Assembly: GCA_035492455.1 (NCBI GenBank)
Contig: DATJJE010000005.1
Span: 16,961 to 80,960 of the forward strand
Reading direction: 5' to 3'
Source of the DNA: Vicinamibacterales bacterium
GTDB taxonomy: Bacteria; Acidobacteriota; Vicinamibacteria; Vicinamibacterales; UBA2999
Length of the DNA: 64,000 nucleotides
Numbering within the stretch: the stretch's first letter is position 1; every line of letters begins with the position of its first letter. The notes under the pieces are model-generated. The model saw only the letters and a list, made by a program, of their open reading frames with translations. It had not been told where the DNA came from and did no database searches. This document shows positions 9,668-17,255 of this stretch, piece by piece. A program made the translations under genes and the position numbers.

Positions 9668-10977
9668 CAGTGCACCCCCGCCAGCACCGGACCCTGACGT
9701 CGCCAGTCAGCCGGCAGCGTGCATCGTCCTTCGCGCACGTGCGCTTCGTACTCGTGCCGGAACAGCTTCATCGTCGTCAGCACCGGCGTGGCTGCGGCAT
9801 CGCCGAAGGCGCAGAGCGTCTTGCCGGTGATGTTGTTGGCGACACCGAAGAGTAAATCCAGGTCTTTGTCCTGTCCCTCGCCGCGCTCAATGCGCTGCAG
9901 CAGCTTGTACAACCAGTCGCAGCCCTCGCGGCATGGCGTGCATTTGCCGCACGACTCGTGGCGATAGAAGTGCAGCAGGTTCATCGCCAGCCACACCATG
10001 CAGACTGTGTCGTCGAGCACGATCAGGCCCGCCGAGCCGAGCAGCGAACCGGCTTTCTGAATCGCGTCGAAGCTGGCGGGCGTGTCGAGTTGATCGGGCA
10101 GCAGCAGCGGCACCGACGAGCCGCCGGGAATAATCGCTTTCAGCTGTCGGTCGCCGCGGATGCCGCCGGCGTAGTCGTAGATCAGCTCGCGCAGCGTCGT
10201 GTGCATCGACGCTTCGAACACACCCGGCTTCTTAACGTGGCCGCTGATGCAATAGAGCTTCGGGCCGCCGTTCTTCTCCGGCCCGAGCTTCGCGAACCAC
10301 TCCGCGCCATTGAGCACGATGAGCGGCACGTTGCAGAGTGTCTCGACGTTGTTCACCGCCGTCGGACAGTTGTAGAGACCTTCGACGGCCGGGAACGGCG
10401 GCTTCAGCCGCGGCTGCGCCCGCTTGCCTTCAAGCGATTCGATGAGTGCGGTCTCCTCGCCGGCTTCATATGCGCCGGCACCGCGATGGATGAAGACGTC
10501 GCAATCGAAGCCGCTGCCGAAAATGTTCGTGCCGAGATAACCGGCCTTGTACGCCTTCTCCAACTCCGTCTCGAGAATCTGCTGGACGTGATAGAACTCG
10601 CCGCGGATGTAGATGTAGGCGACTTTCGCGCCGATGGCGTAGCAGGCAATCGCGCAGCCTTCGATCAGCAGGTGCGGGTTGCGCTCCATCAGCACGTGAT
10701 CCTTGAATGTGCCGGGCTCGCTTTCGTCCGCGTTGCAGGCGATGTACTTCGGCTTCGGCGTGTCCTTCAGCACGAACTGCCACTTCATGCCGGTAGGGAA
10801 GCCGGCGCCGCCGCGGCCGCGGAGTCCCGAGGCCTTGACCTGCTCGATGATGTCGTTCGGCTTCTGGGTCAGCGCCTTGCGAAGCGCTTCGTAGCCGCGC
10901 TGATTCTTCTGATAGAAATCGAGCGTGAACGAGTTCGGCTCGTTGACGTGCGACGTGAGGACAGGTTCGTACGCCAC
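9667..10977 (-). CDS. nuoF: NADH-quinone oxidoreductase subunit F (FMN/NADH-binding, N3 cluster)
   Basis: 436 aa, with GLRGRGGAGFPTGMKW, YICNADESEPGTFKD-like and ESCGKCTPCREG motifs. Confidence 0.95.
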   Translation of the reverse strand: MAYEPVLTSHVNEPNSFTLDFYQKNQRGYEALRKALTQKPNDIIEQVKASGLRGRGGAGFPTGMKWQFVLKDTPKPKYIACNADESEPGTFKDHVLMERNPHLLIEGCAIACYAIGAKVAYIYIRGEFYHVQQILETELEKAYKAGYLGTNIFGSGFDCDVFIHRGAGAYEAGEETALIESLEGKRAQPRLKPPFPAVEGLYNCPTAVNNVETLCNVPLIVLNGAEWFAKLGPEKNGGPKLYCISGHVKKPGVFEASMHTTLRELIYDYAGGIRGDRQLKAIIPGGSSVPLLLPDQLDTPASFDAIQKAGSLLGSAGLIVLDDTVCMVWLAMNLLHFYRHESCGKCTPCREGCDWLYKLLQRIERGEGQDKDLDLLFGVANNITGKTLCAFGDAAATPVLTTMKLFRHEYEAHVREGRCTLPADWRRQGPVLAGVH

Positions 10978-10978
10978 G

Positions 10979-11563
10979 TTATTTCTCTTTGCGCAGGTGG
11001 CAACCCGTAAAGGCTGACTGGCCGCGTGAGCGGATGTCGTCGATGAACTTCGAGCACTGCTCCGGCGTCAAGCCTTCGTGCCAGTCGTCGTTCACCATCA
11101 CCACCGGCGCTCGATCGCAGGCGCCGAGGCATTCAACTTCCATCAGCGTGAACGTGCCGCTGGGATCGGTCTCCCCCGGCTTGATGCCAAGCTTGTTGCT
11201 CAATTCCTCGGTGACGCGCTCGGCGCCGAGCAGCGCACATGACAGCGTGCGGCAGACGTTGAGCACGTACTTGCCGACCTGCCGCGTGTAGAACATCGTG
11301 TAGTACGAAACGACGTCCTCGACTTCGGCCGGTGTGCAGCGGATCTGCTCGGCCACGAGCTTCATGCCCGCGGCGGTGATGTAGCCCTGCTGGTTCTGCA
11401 CGAGATAGAGCGCGTAGAGAATCGCGGACTTCCGCCGGTCGGGCGGATAACGCTTCACGACCTCGTCGAACTTCGCCTGGTTCTCGGCGGTGTACTTGAA
11501 CGGCTCGCCGGGTTCCGCCAGTTTGCGCTCCGACCGGTGAAACCTGGCCGGCGCGTACTCCAT
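10979..11563 (-). CDS. nuoE: NADH-quinone oxidoreductase subunit E (2Fe-2S)
   Basis: MEYAPARFHRSERKL...VCRTLSCALLGAE...VECLGACDRAPVVMVND. The ATG at 11563 avoids overlap with nuoD, whereas the track start at 11713 overlaps it. Confidence 0.9.
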   Translation of the reverse strand: MEYAPARFHRSERKLAEPGEPFKYTAENQAKFDEVVKRYPPDRRKSAILYALYLVQNQQGYITAAGMKLVAEQIRCTPAEVEDVVSYYTMFYTRQVGKYVLNVCRTLSCALLGAERVTEELSNKLGIKPGETDPSGTFTLMEVECLGACDRAPVVMVNDDWHEGLTPEQCSKFIDDIRSRGQSAFTGCHLRKEK

Positions 11564-11577
11564 CTGCGGATGAAAGC

Positions 11578-12759
11578 TCACCGGTCGCAGTCTCCCATGA
11601 CGACGTCCGTGGATCCGATGACCGCGATAACGTCGGCAATCATCCCGTTCTCGATGATCTTCGGCAGCGCCTGAATGGCCATGAACGATGGCGGTCGCAT
11701 CTTCACGCGCCACGGCCGATTCGTGCCGTCGGACACCACATAGCAGCCGTGCTCGCCGCGCGGTCCCTCGATCGGCACGTAGGCGTCGCCGACCGGCACG
11801 GTGAAGCCCTGTGAGTAAATCAGGAAGTGCTGAATGAGCGCTTCCATTTCCGTGTAGACCTTGTCCTTCGGCGGCGGCACGACGCGCGGGTCGTCACACG
11901 CCCACGCACCGGACGGTGAGATTCGCTGCACGGCCTGCCGCGCGATGCGCACGCTCTGCCGCATTTCCTCCACACGGACGCGATAGCGGGCGTAGACGTC
12001 ACCTTCGGTGGCGGTCGGCACGTTGAAGTCGTAGCTCTCGTATCCGGTGTACGGGAAGTACTTGCGGACGTCGTAATCCGAACCGGATCCACGCGCGATC
12101 GGACCAACGAGGCCCCACGCCAGCGCCTCGTCTTGCGTGATGACCCCGACGCCGCGCGTGCGACGGTTGAAGATGTCGTTCTTCGTCAGCAGGCCTTCGA
12201 ACTCGTCGATCTTGGCCGGGAAGCGGTCGAGGAAGGCGTTGACCGCGTCATGGAAGCCGCGCGGCAAATCCTCGCGCAGTCCTCCAACGCGGAAGTAACT
12301 CGGGAAGAAGCGAAAACCGGCAACGAGCTCGTTGATGTTCAGCAGCAGCTCGCGCTCGCGGATGGCGTAGAACAACATCGACACGGCGCCGATTTCCATG
12401 GCGTGCGTGCCGATCCATACCAGGTGGCTGGCGATGCGCTGCAGCTCCGCGAGCAATACGCGGATGTCCTTCACGCGCTGCGGCATCTCCAGACCGAGCA
12501 GCTTTTCGACGCACAGCACGTAGGCGAGGCTGTTCGACTGGGCGGCGAGGTAGTCCATCCGCTCCACGAGCGGCACCACCTGCTGCCATTTCTTCTGCTC
12601 CGCGGTCTTCTCGATGCCGGTGTGCAGATAGCCGATGGTGGGCATGCACGACTTGATCGTCTCGCCATCGAGCTCCAGCACCAGACGCAGCACGCCGTGC
12701 GTGCTGGGGTGCTGTGGCCCCATGTTGACGGTCATCGTTTCCGTGCGCAGTTCAGCCAC
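11578..12759 (-). CDS. nuoD: NADH-quinone oxidoreductase subunit D
   Basis: 393 aa: MTVNMGPQHPSTHGVLRLVLELDGE...ERMDYLA...GDCDR C-terminus. Confidence 0.95.
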   Translation of the reverse strand: MAELRTETMTVNMGPQHPSTHGVLRLVLELDGETIKSCMPTIGYLHTGIEKTAEQKKWQQVVPLVERMDYLAAQSNSLAYVLCVEKLLGLEMPQRVKDIRVLLAELQRIASHLVWIGTHAMEIGAVSMLFYAIRERELLLNINELVAGFRFFPSYFRVGGLREDLPRGFHDAVNAFLDRFPAKIDEFEGLLTKNDIFNRRTRGVGVITQDEALAWGLVGPIARGSGSDYDVRKYFPYTGYESYDFNVPTATEGDVYARYRVRVEEMRQSVRIARQAVQRISPSGAWACDDPRVVPPPKDKVYTEMEALIQHFLIYSQGFTVPVGDAYVPIEGPRGEHGCYVVSDGTNRPWRVKMRPPSFMAIQALPKIIENGMIADVIAVIGSTDVVMGDCDR

Positions 12760-13311
12760 TTAGTGAGCTCTCTTCATCCGATCGCGTGCGATGTTTGCCC
12801 TGAATTCTTCTTCGCTGACCTCGAGCGGCTCGTAGGTCTGTGCTGCCTTGCGAATCTGCACCGGATAGTCCTTGCGTGCAGGATGCCCTTCCCAATCCTC
12901 GGGCATCAGCAGCCGCCGCAGATCGCCGTGGCCGGCGAAGACGATGCCGAACATGTCCCAGACTTCGCGCTCGGGCCAGCCGGCGGCGGGCCAGATGCTC
13001 TGCACCGTCGGCACGGCGCCATCGATTTCGTTCGATGCGACGCGCACTTTCAGGCGCAGCCGCTGCCGGTTCGGAACCGACAGCAGGTGGTACACAACCT
13101 CGAAGCGCGGTTCCCGCGGCAGGTAATCGGCCGCGGTGACTTCGAGGAGCACGTTGAAACGAAGCGACGGCGTGTCGCGCAGTGCCTGGCAGGTGGCGAC
13201 GAGCGCGTTCGCCGGGACGTAGAGCGTCGCGAAGTCGACGCTCTTGCCGGCCTCGTACGACGCACCCGGGACGACGCCCGTCAGCGTATCAATGATGGAA
13301 GAAGCGTCCAC
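12760..13311 (-). CDS. nuoC: NADH-quinone oxidoreductase subunit C
   Basis: 183 aa: WPAAGWPEREVWDMFGIVFAGHGDLRRLLMPEDWEGHPARKDYP. Confidence 0.93.
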   Translation of the reverse strand: MDASSIIDTLTGVVPGASYEAGKSVDFATLYVPANALVATCQALRDTPSLRFNVLLEVTAADYLPREPRFEVVYHLLSVPNRQRLRLKVRVASNEIDGAVPTVQSIWPAAGWPEREVWDMFGIVFAGHGDLRRLLMPEDWEGHPARKDYPVQIRKAAQTYEPLEVSEEEFRANIARDRMKRAH

Positions 13312-13319
13312 GTATGCGG

Positions 13320-13817
13320 TTATGCGCGTGATCGGGCGATCTTCTGCTGCAGTTGCACGATTCCGTAGATGAGCGATTCGGGACGCGGGGGGCAGCCGGG
13401 CACATACACATCAACCGGCACCACCTGATCCACGCCCTGCACAATCGCGTAGTTATCGAATACGCCGCCGACCGACGCACAAGCGCCCATCGAGATCACC
13501 CACTTCGGGTCGGGCATCTGGTCATAGACGCGGCGCATCGCCGGCGCCATCTTTCGCGACAGCCGTCCGGCGACAATCATCAAATCCGACTGCCGCGGCG
13601 ATCCGCGGAACACTTCTGCACCGAACCGCGCGACGTCGTAGCGGCTGGTCGCCATCGACATCATCTCGATCGCGCAGCACGCCAGGCCGAACTGGGCCGG
13701 CCAGATGGCCGAGCGACGCGCCCACTGAATAAGCTTCTCTACTGTCGTGGTGATGAGCGGGAGTTCCGGGTCGACAAGCCCGTGTTCGTGATCGTGCGCC
13801 TGGGCGGGTGCATTCAT
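13320..13817 (-). CDS. nuoB: NADH-quinone oxidoreductase subunit B (N2 cluster)
   Basis: 165 aa: [15 protein letters not shown]...[16 protein letters not shown]...[13 protein letters not shown]. Confidence 0.95.
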   Translation of the reverse strand: MNAPAQAHDHEHGLVDPELPLITTTVEKLIQWARRSAIWPAQFGLACCAIEMMSMATSRYDVARFGAEVFRGSPRQSDLMIVAGRLSRKMAPAMRRVYDQMPDPKWVISMGACASVGGVFDNYAIVQGVDQVVPVDVYVPGCPPRPESLIYGIVQLQQKIARSRA

Positions 13818-13833
13818 GGATTACGTGTCGACC

Positions 13834-14226
13834 TCAGGCGGCCTTACGAGGCGCGGGCGTGACGCGGCGCCGTGACCCCCAGTCGAGCACGCCCTTGCGC
13901 CACACGTAGACGAACCCGACGAGCAAAATCAAAAAGAACGTGACGATCTGCACCAACCCGGCCCAGCCGAGGTCGCGCAGCGCGACCGCCCATGGATAGA
14001 GAAACGCGACTTCGATGTCGAACAGCAGGAAAATCATCGCGACGAGATAGAACTTCACCGACTGCCGCTCGCGCGCATCGCCAACAGCTGGCATGCCGCA
14101 TTCGTAAGGCGCCAGCTTCTCTGGAGTCGGATTTCTCGGTCCGAGCAGTACGGACAGCCCGATCATCACGGCCGCGAACCCCACGCCGAGGACGACCATG
14201 ATGACTACGCCAAGCCAGCCGTCCAT
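13834..14226 (-). CDS. nuoA: NADH-quinone oxidoreductase subunit A
   Basis: 130 aa: YECGMPAVGDARERQSVKFYLVAMIFLLFDIEVAFLYPWA. First gene of the operon. Confidence 0.92.
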   Translation of the reverse strand: MDGWLGVVIMVVLGVGFAAVMIGLSVLLGPRNPTPEKLAPYECGMPAVGDARERQSVKFYLVAMIFLLFDIEVAFLYPWAVALRDLGWAGLVQIVTFFLILLVGFVYVWRKGVLDWGSRRRVTPAPRKAA

Positions 14227-14344
14227 CTATTTCCCGGGGAGCCAGTCCGCCGACGCACAGACTGCATAGGCGAATGCTTGTGAAGAGTTTCCCAAACCTG
14301 TTCATGCTATAGAAACGAACGGGGCAAGGTCAATCACAGCGCCG

Positions 14345-15370
14345 ATGAGAATCGCCTGGTTTCGCGCCGACGCGCCTGACGCGAGGAACCTCCTCGACGA
14401 TACGGCGCCGCTCATCGACGAGCTGCGTTCCGCCCACGACATAGACGTCATCGTCGAAGCCAACGCGCACGATTTCGTCTGGCGGCAGACGCTGCGGCCA
14501 TGGGACATCTGCGTTTACGAGCTGGACCACACGCGCCCACATGCGTTCATCTGGGCGTATCTCATCAACTATCCGGGCGTCGTGATGCTGCGCAGCATGG
14601 CTGTGGCGCATCTGCGCGTTCCGCTCTTCGCATCCAGGTGCATCGTCACGACGACCACAGCAGCCGCTGATCTCCTGCGAGCGCGCTATGACAACATTCA
14701 TGTCCGTGTCGTCCCGCTCGGCGTGGCGGCAGCAAACGACGGCACACATCGAAGTGGCGGCGCCGCGAAGCTTCTCGTCGTGGACGACCGGGATCGTGGT
14801 CGCGACGTCGTCCGCCGTGCCTTGGAGCGCGCGCGAGACGCAGGCGCGACGTTCGAACTGCTGGCGGCGGATGCGCCGGTACATGCATGCGATGTCCTTA
14901 TCTCACCAGAATGGCCGCCCTTCCGGCATGTAGCGACGACCGTGCTCGCCGGCATGGCAGCGGGCAAGGCGGTGGTAACGATGGAGATGGACGCGACGGC
15001 GGACTGGCCAGCCATGGATCCGCAGACATGGAGGCCGCGTGGCATCGGCGCAGACCAGCTGCCCATCGTGGTCACCGTCGACCCACTGGATGAGGAGCAT
15101 TCGCTGCTGCTGGCCGTACGGCGGCTCTCGTCGGACGCGGCGCTGCGTGAGCAACTCGGTCACGCGGCACACGCATGGTGGAAACAACATGCAACGCCCG
15201 CCCACGCAGCGAAGGTGTGGAATCATATTCTCGAGGAGGCCGTCGGGCTGAACCCACCGCCTCGACCCAACGACTGGCCACAGCAGTTCTCGCGCGATGG
15301 CACCGAGCTGGCGCGCGAGATTCTCACCGAGATTGGAGTCCCTCCCACGGATATCCTGGCTCGCTCGTGA
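14345..15370 (+). CDS. Glycosyltransferase-like protein (GT-B/GT4-like, degenerate); function uncertain
   Basis: 341-aa ORF divergent from nuoA. The C-terminal half (ISPEWPPFRHVATTVLAGMAAGKAVVT) resembles the sugar-donor half of GT4 enzymes. This is a weak, motif-level call. Confidence 0.55.
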   Translation: MRIAWFRADAPDARNLLDDTAPLIDELRSAHDIDVIVEANAHDFVWRQTLRPWDICVYELDHTRPHAFIWAYLINYPGVVMLRSMAVAHLRVPLFASRCIVTTTTAAADLLRARYDNIHVRVVPLGVAAANDGTHRSGGAAKLLVVDDRDRGRDVVRRALERARDAGATFELLAADAPVHACDVLISPEWPPFRHVATTVLAGMAAGKAVVTMEMDATADWPAMDPQTWRPRGIGADQLPIVVTVDPLDEEHSLLLAVRRLSSDAALREQLGHAAHAWWKQHATPAHAAKVWNHILEEAVGLNPPPRPNDWPQQFSRDGTELAREILTEIGVPPTDILARS

Positions 15371-16898
15371 GCCGCGTATCCTCCACTGGCGTACCCATAG
15401 AGAAGTGATAGAGGCTTTGCCAGGCGGAGCCTGACAGGCCGAGCATCTCGTGAACCGGGTCGTCGTAGTAGCAACCGATACCGGTCGCCCGGGCGCCCGC
15501 GGCTTCGGCTTCGAGATAGAGAACCTGTCCGATCAGGCCGCATTCCCAGAACAATCGTCGATAGAACCACTCGCCGCGCCCGCGCAGCGGCTCGTCGAAG
15601 CGAGCGATCATGGCCAGCGCCAGGAAGCCATCTCCCGCGATGTCCTGATCGCACGAGAGGCGGTTGGCAATACGGCCGGCGTCGATCGGGACGAGCAGGA
15701 ACAGACCATCCGCTGCTTCTTCCCATAGGAACTCGGATCGCATCGCGATTTTCCACTCGTCGACGACAGCGGCATCGCGCACGAAAGCGTAGATGCCGGG
15801 GGTCATGTCGAGCACGCGGTGGATGAAGAGCACCAAGTGCACGTGCGGAGACCAATCGATCGCATCCCACGGTGGCCCGCCTGGGCGGAGTCGCGCCAGC
15901 ATCGAGAGAAACGCCGCGCGCGCCAGTGCACCTCGTGGATCGAAAGCAAGGGCACTGCGGCGACGAAGGATTACCTCACGCGCCGCAACATTCCGGCGTG
16001 GGAGTTGGACGTTGGAAGTTGCGAGTTGAGCCGCAACAACGGCGCCGCCGGGATAACGCGTCGCGGCGACGACTTCATCGATGATGGGCCAGTCGACGTG
16101 ATCGGGACTCAACAGGTTGGCGCGGCCGAACCACGAGCCTGCCCGCGCCTCTGCCACGAGCGCGTCCGGCACGAATCCCGAATCCCGAACTCCGAATCCC
16201 GGCCTTCCAACTACCGCAATGCATTCCGGCTCTTCCCGCTCGGAATCGCCAAAATCAATATCGCGATCGAGACCCAGCAGTGCCGCAATCTGCGCGTCCG
16301 ACCAGTCGGGCAGCAGTTGCATCCGCCAGCCGAGCATCGCGGCCGCGAACCGCAACGCTCCGATAGCGTGGCCGGTGTCGTGCTGACAGTAGCGGAAGGC
16401 GCGCTCTCCGTATTTCCACGCCTCACGCCAGGTAATCGACGTCAGCGCGACGAGGAAACGGTCCTCATCGGCGCGGACCTTCCCGCTCCGCGAATCCAGC
16501 GCGCATCGCTCTTCGAGCGCATGTTCCTTAGGCGCGTAGTGAGCCACGCGGCCGTCGTGGATGATCCACGCTTCGGTCGGATGCAGGTTGCCGCTTGACG
16601 GGTTCACGCGCAGCGCCCACCGCGACGAGCCATATTGCTTCCAGGCGGACAGTCCCATCGAGCATCGCAGGAACTCGCCGATCGAGTGTTCGGTGATTGC
16701 CTGGGGAGGAGTCCCGCCGGCGAAGAGGGAATCGTACGAGACGTCCGATGCCAGCGGCGCCCGCGGCAACTCATGCGTGGGCGCCCCTTCGTAGCGGCGG
16801 AACGGGTACGGCTGCGTGGCCCAGTCGAGATAGCCACGTGAGCGCGCGAATCGATTGAAGTGATGCTTGGTCGATTCGTGGTAACTGCCAGCGATCAC
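15324..16898 (-). CDS. SagB/ThcOx-family (nitroreductase-fold, two-domain) dehydrogenase
   Basis: 524 aa with the N-terminal YHESTKHHFNRFA signature of SagB-type dehydrogenase domains. The second nitroreductase-like half contains ...ATGIGCYYDDPVHEMLG. Confidence 0.8.
   Translation of the reverse strand: MIAGSYHESTKHHFNRFARSRGYLDWATQPYPFRRYEGAPTHELPRAPLASDVSYDSLFAGGTPPQAITEHSIGEFLRCSMGLSAWKQYGSSRWALRVNPSSGNLHPTEAWIIHDGRVAHYAPKEHALEERCALDSRSGKVRADEDRFLVALTSITWREAWKYGERAFRYCQHDTGHAIGALRFAAAMLGWRMQLLPDWSDAQIAALLGLDRDIDFGDSEREEPECIAVVGRPGFGVRDSGFVPDALVAEARAGSWFGRANLLSPDHVDWPIIDEVVAATRYPGGAVVAAQLATSNVQLPRRNVAAREVILRRRSALAFDPRGALARAAFLSMLARLRPGGPPWDAIDWSPHVHLVLFIHRVLDMTPGIYAFVRDAAVVDEWKIAMRSEFLWEEAADGLFLLVPIDAGRIANRLSCDQDIAGDGFLALAMIARFDEPLRGRGEWFYRRLFWECGLIGQVLYLEAEAAGARATGIGCYYDDPVHEMLGLSGSAWQSLYHFSMGTPVEDTRLTSEPGYPWEGLQSR
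16172..16199. repeat. Four tandem heptamers (CGAATCC CGAATCC CGAACTC CGAATCC) inside the SagB-like CDS
   Basis: Read directly from the sequence. It is translated on the minus strand as GFGVRDSGF, in the linker between the two nitroreductase-like halves. Confidence 0.85.
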
Positions 16899-17155
16899 GC
16901 CGACAGTTCTTTGATCCGCTTCTCGATTTCGGTCAGCGCCTGGTTCAACTGCTGCTTGCGCGCGGGGTGCGTGGCCACTTCGAGCTGGCGCTGCATTTCG
17001 GTGCGTGCCAGCTTCAGCGACTCCACCTGACGGACGCGCTCGGGGTCGCTGCCCTTGGCCCCCTGGCGCGCCTTCCGTTTTTCTTCTTCGCGTTCTTCCA
17101 TACGCTCGGCGAGGCGGGATTCCGCGTCGACGAGTCCTTCTCCGGCGTCACCCAT
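16895..17155 (-). CDS. Small charged coiled-coil protein, unknown function
   Basis: 86 aa (EEREEEKRKARQG...QLNQALTEIEKRIKELSA). Its stop overlaps the start of the SagB-like gene by 4 nt. Confidence 0.55.
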   Translation of the reverse strand: MGDAGEGLVDAESRLAERMEEREEEKRKARQGAKGSDPERVRQVESLKLARTEMQRQLEVATHPARKQQLNQALTEIEKRIKELSA

Positions 17156-17255
17156 GTCTAGTCCTGGTTGGAGAATCGATTCACTGTCGGGAGAGAGCGC
17201 TGAACATTATAAGAGGAACGCAACACGGCACGGCGAACGTGTTTAGGATGGTGGT

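Noticed and set aside
14226-14345. nuoA promoter (TTGACC ...16 nt... TATAGC on the minus strand).
   Set aside because: The match to consensus is weak and several alternatives exist. It is not supportable without TSS data.
15324-17155. TOMM/RiPP biosynthetic cluster around the SagB-like gene.
   Set aside because: There is no YcaO cyclodehydratase, no docking/E1-like protein, no Cys/Ser/Thr-rich precursor and no transporter nearby. The 86-aa upstream ORF is a charged helix.
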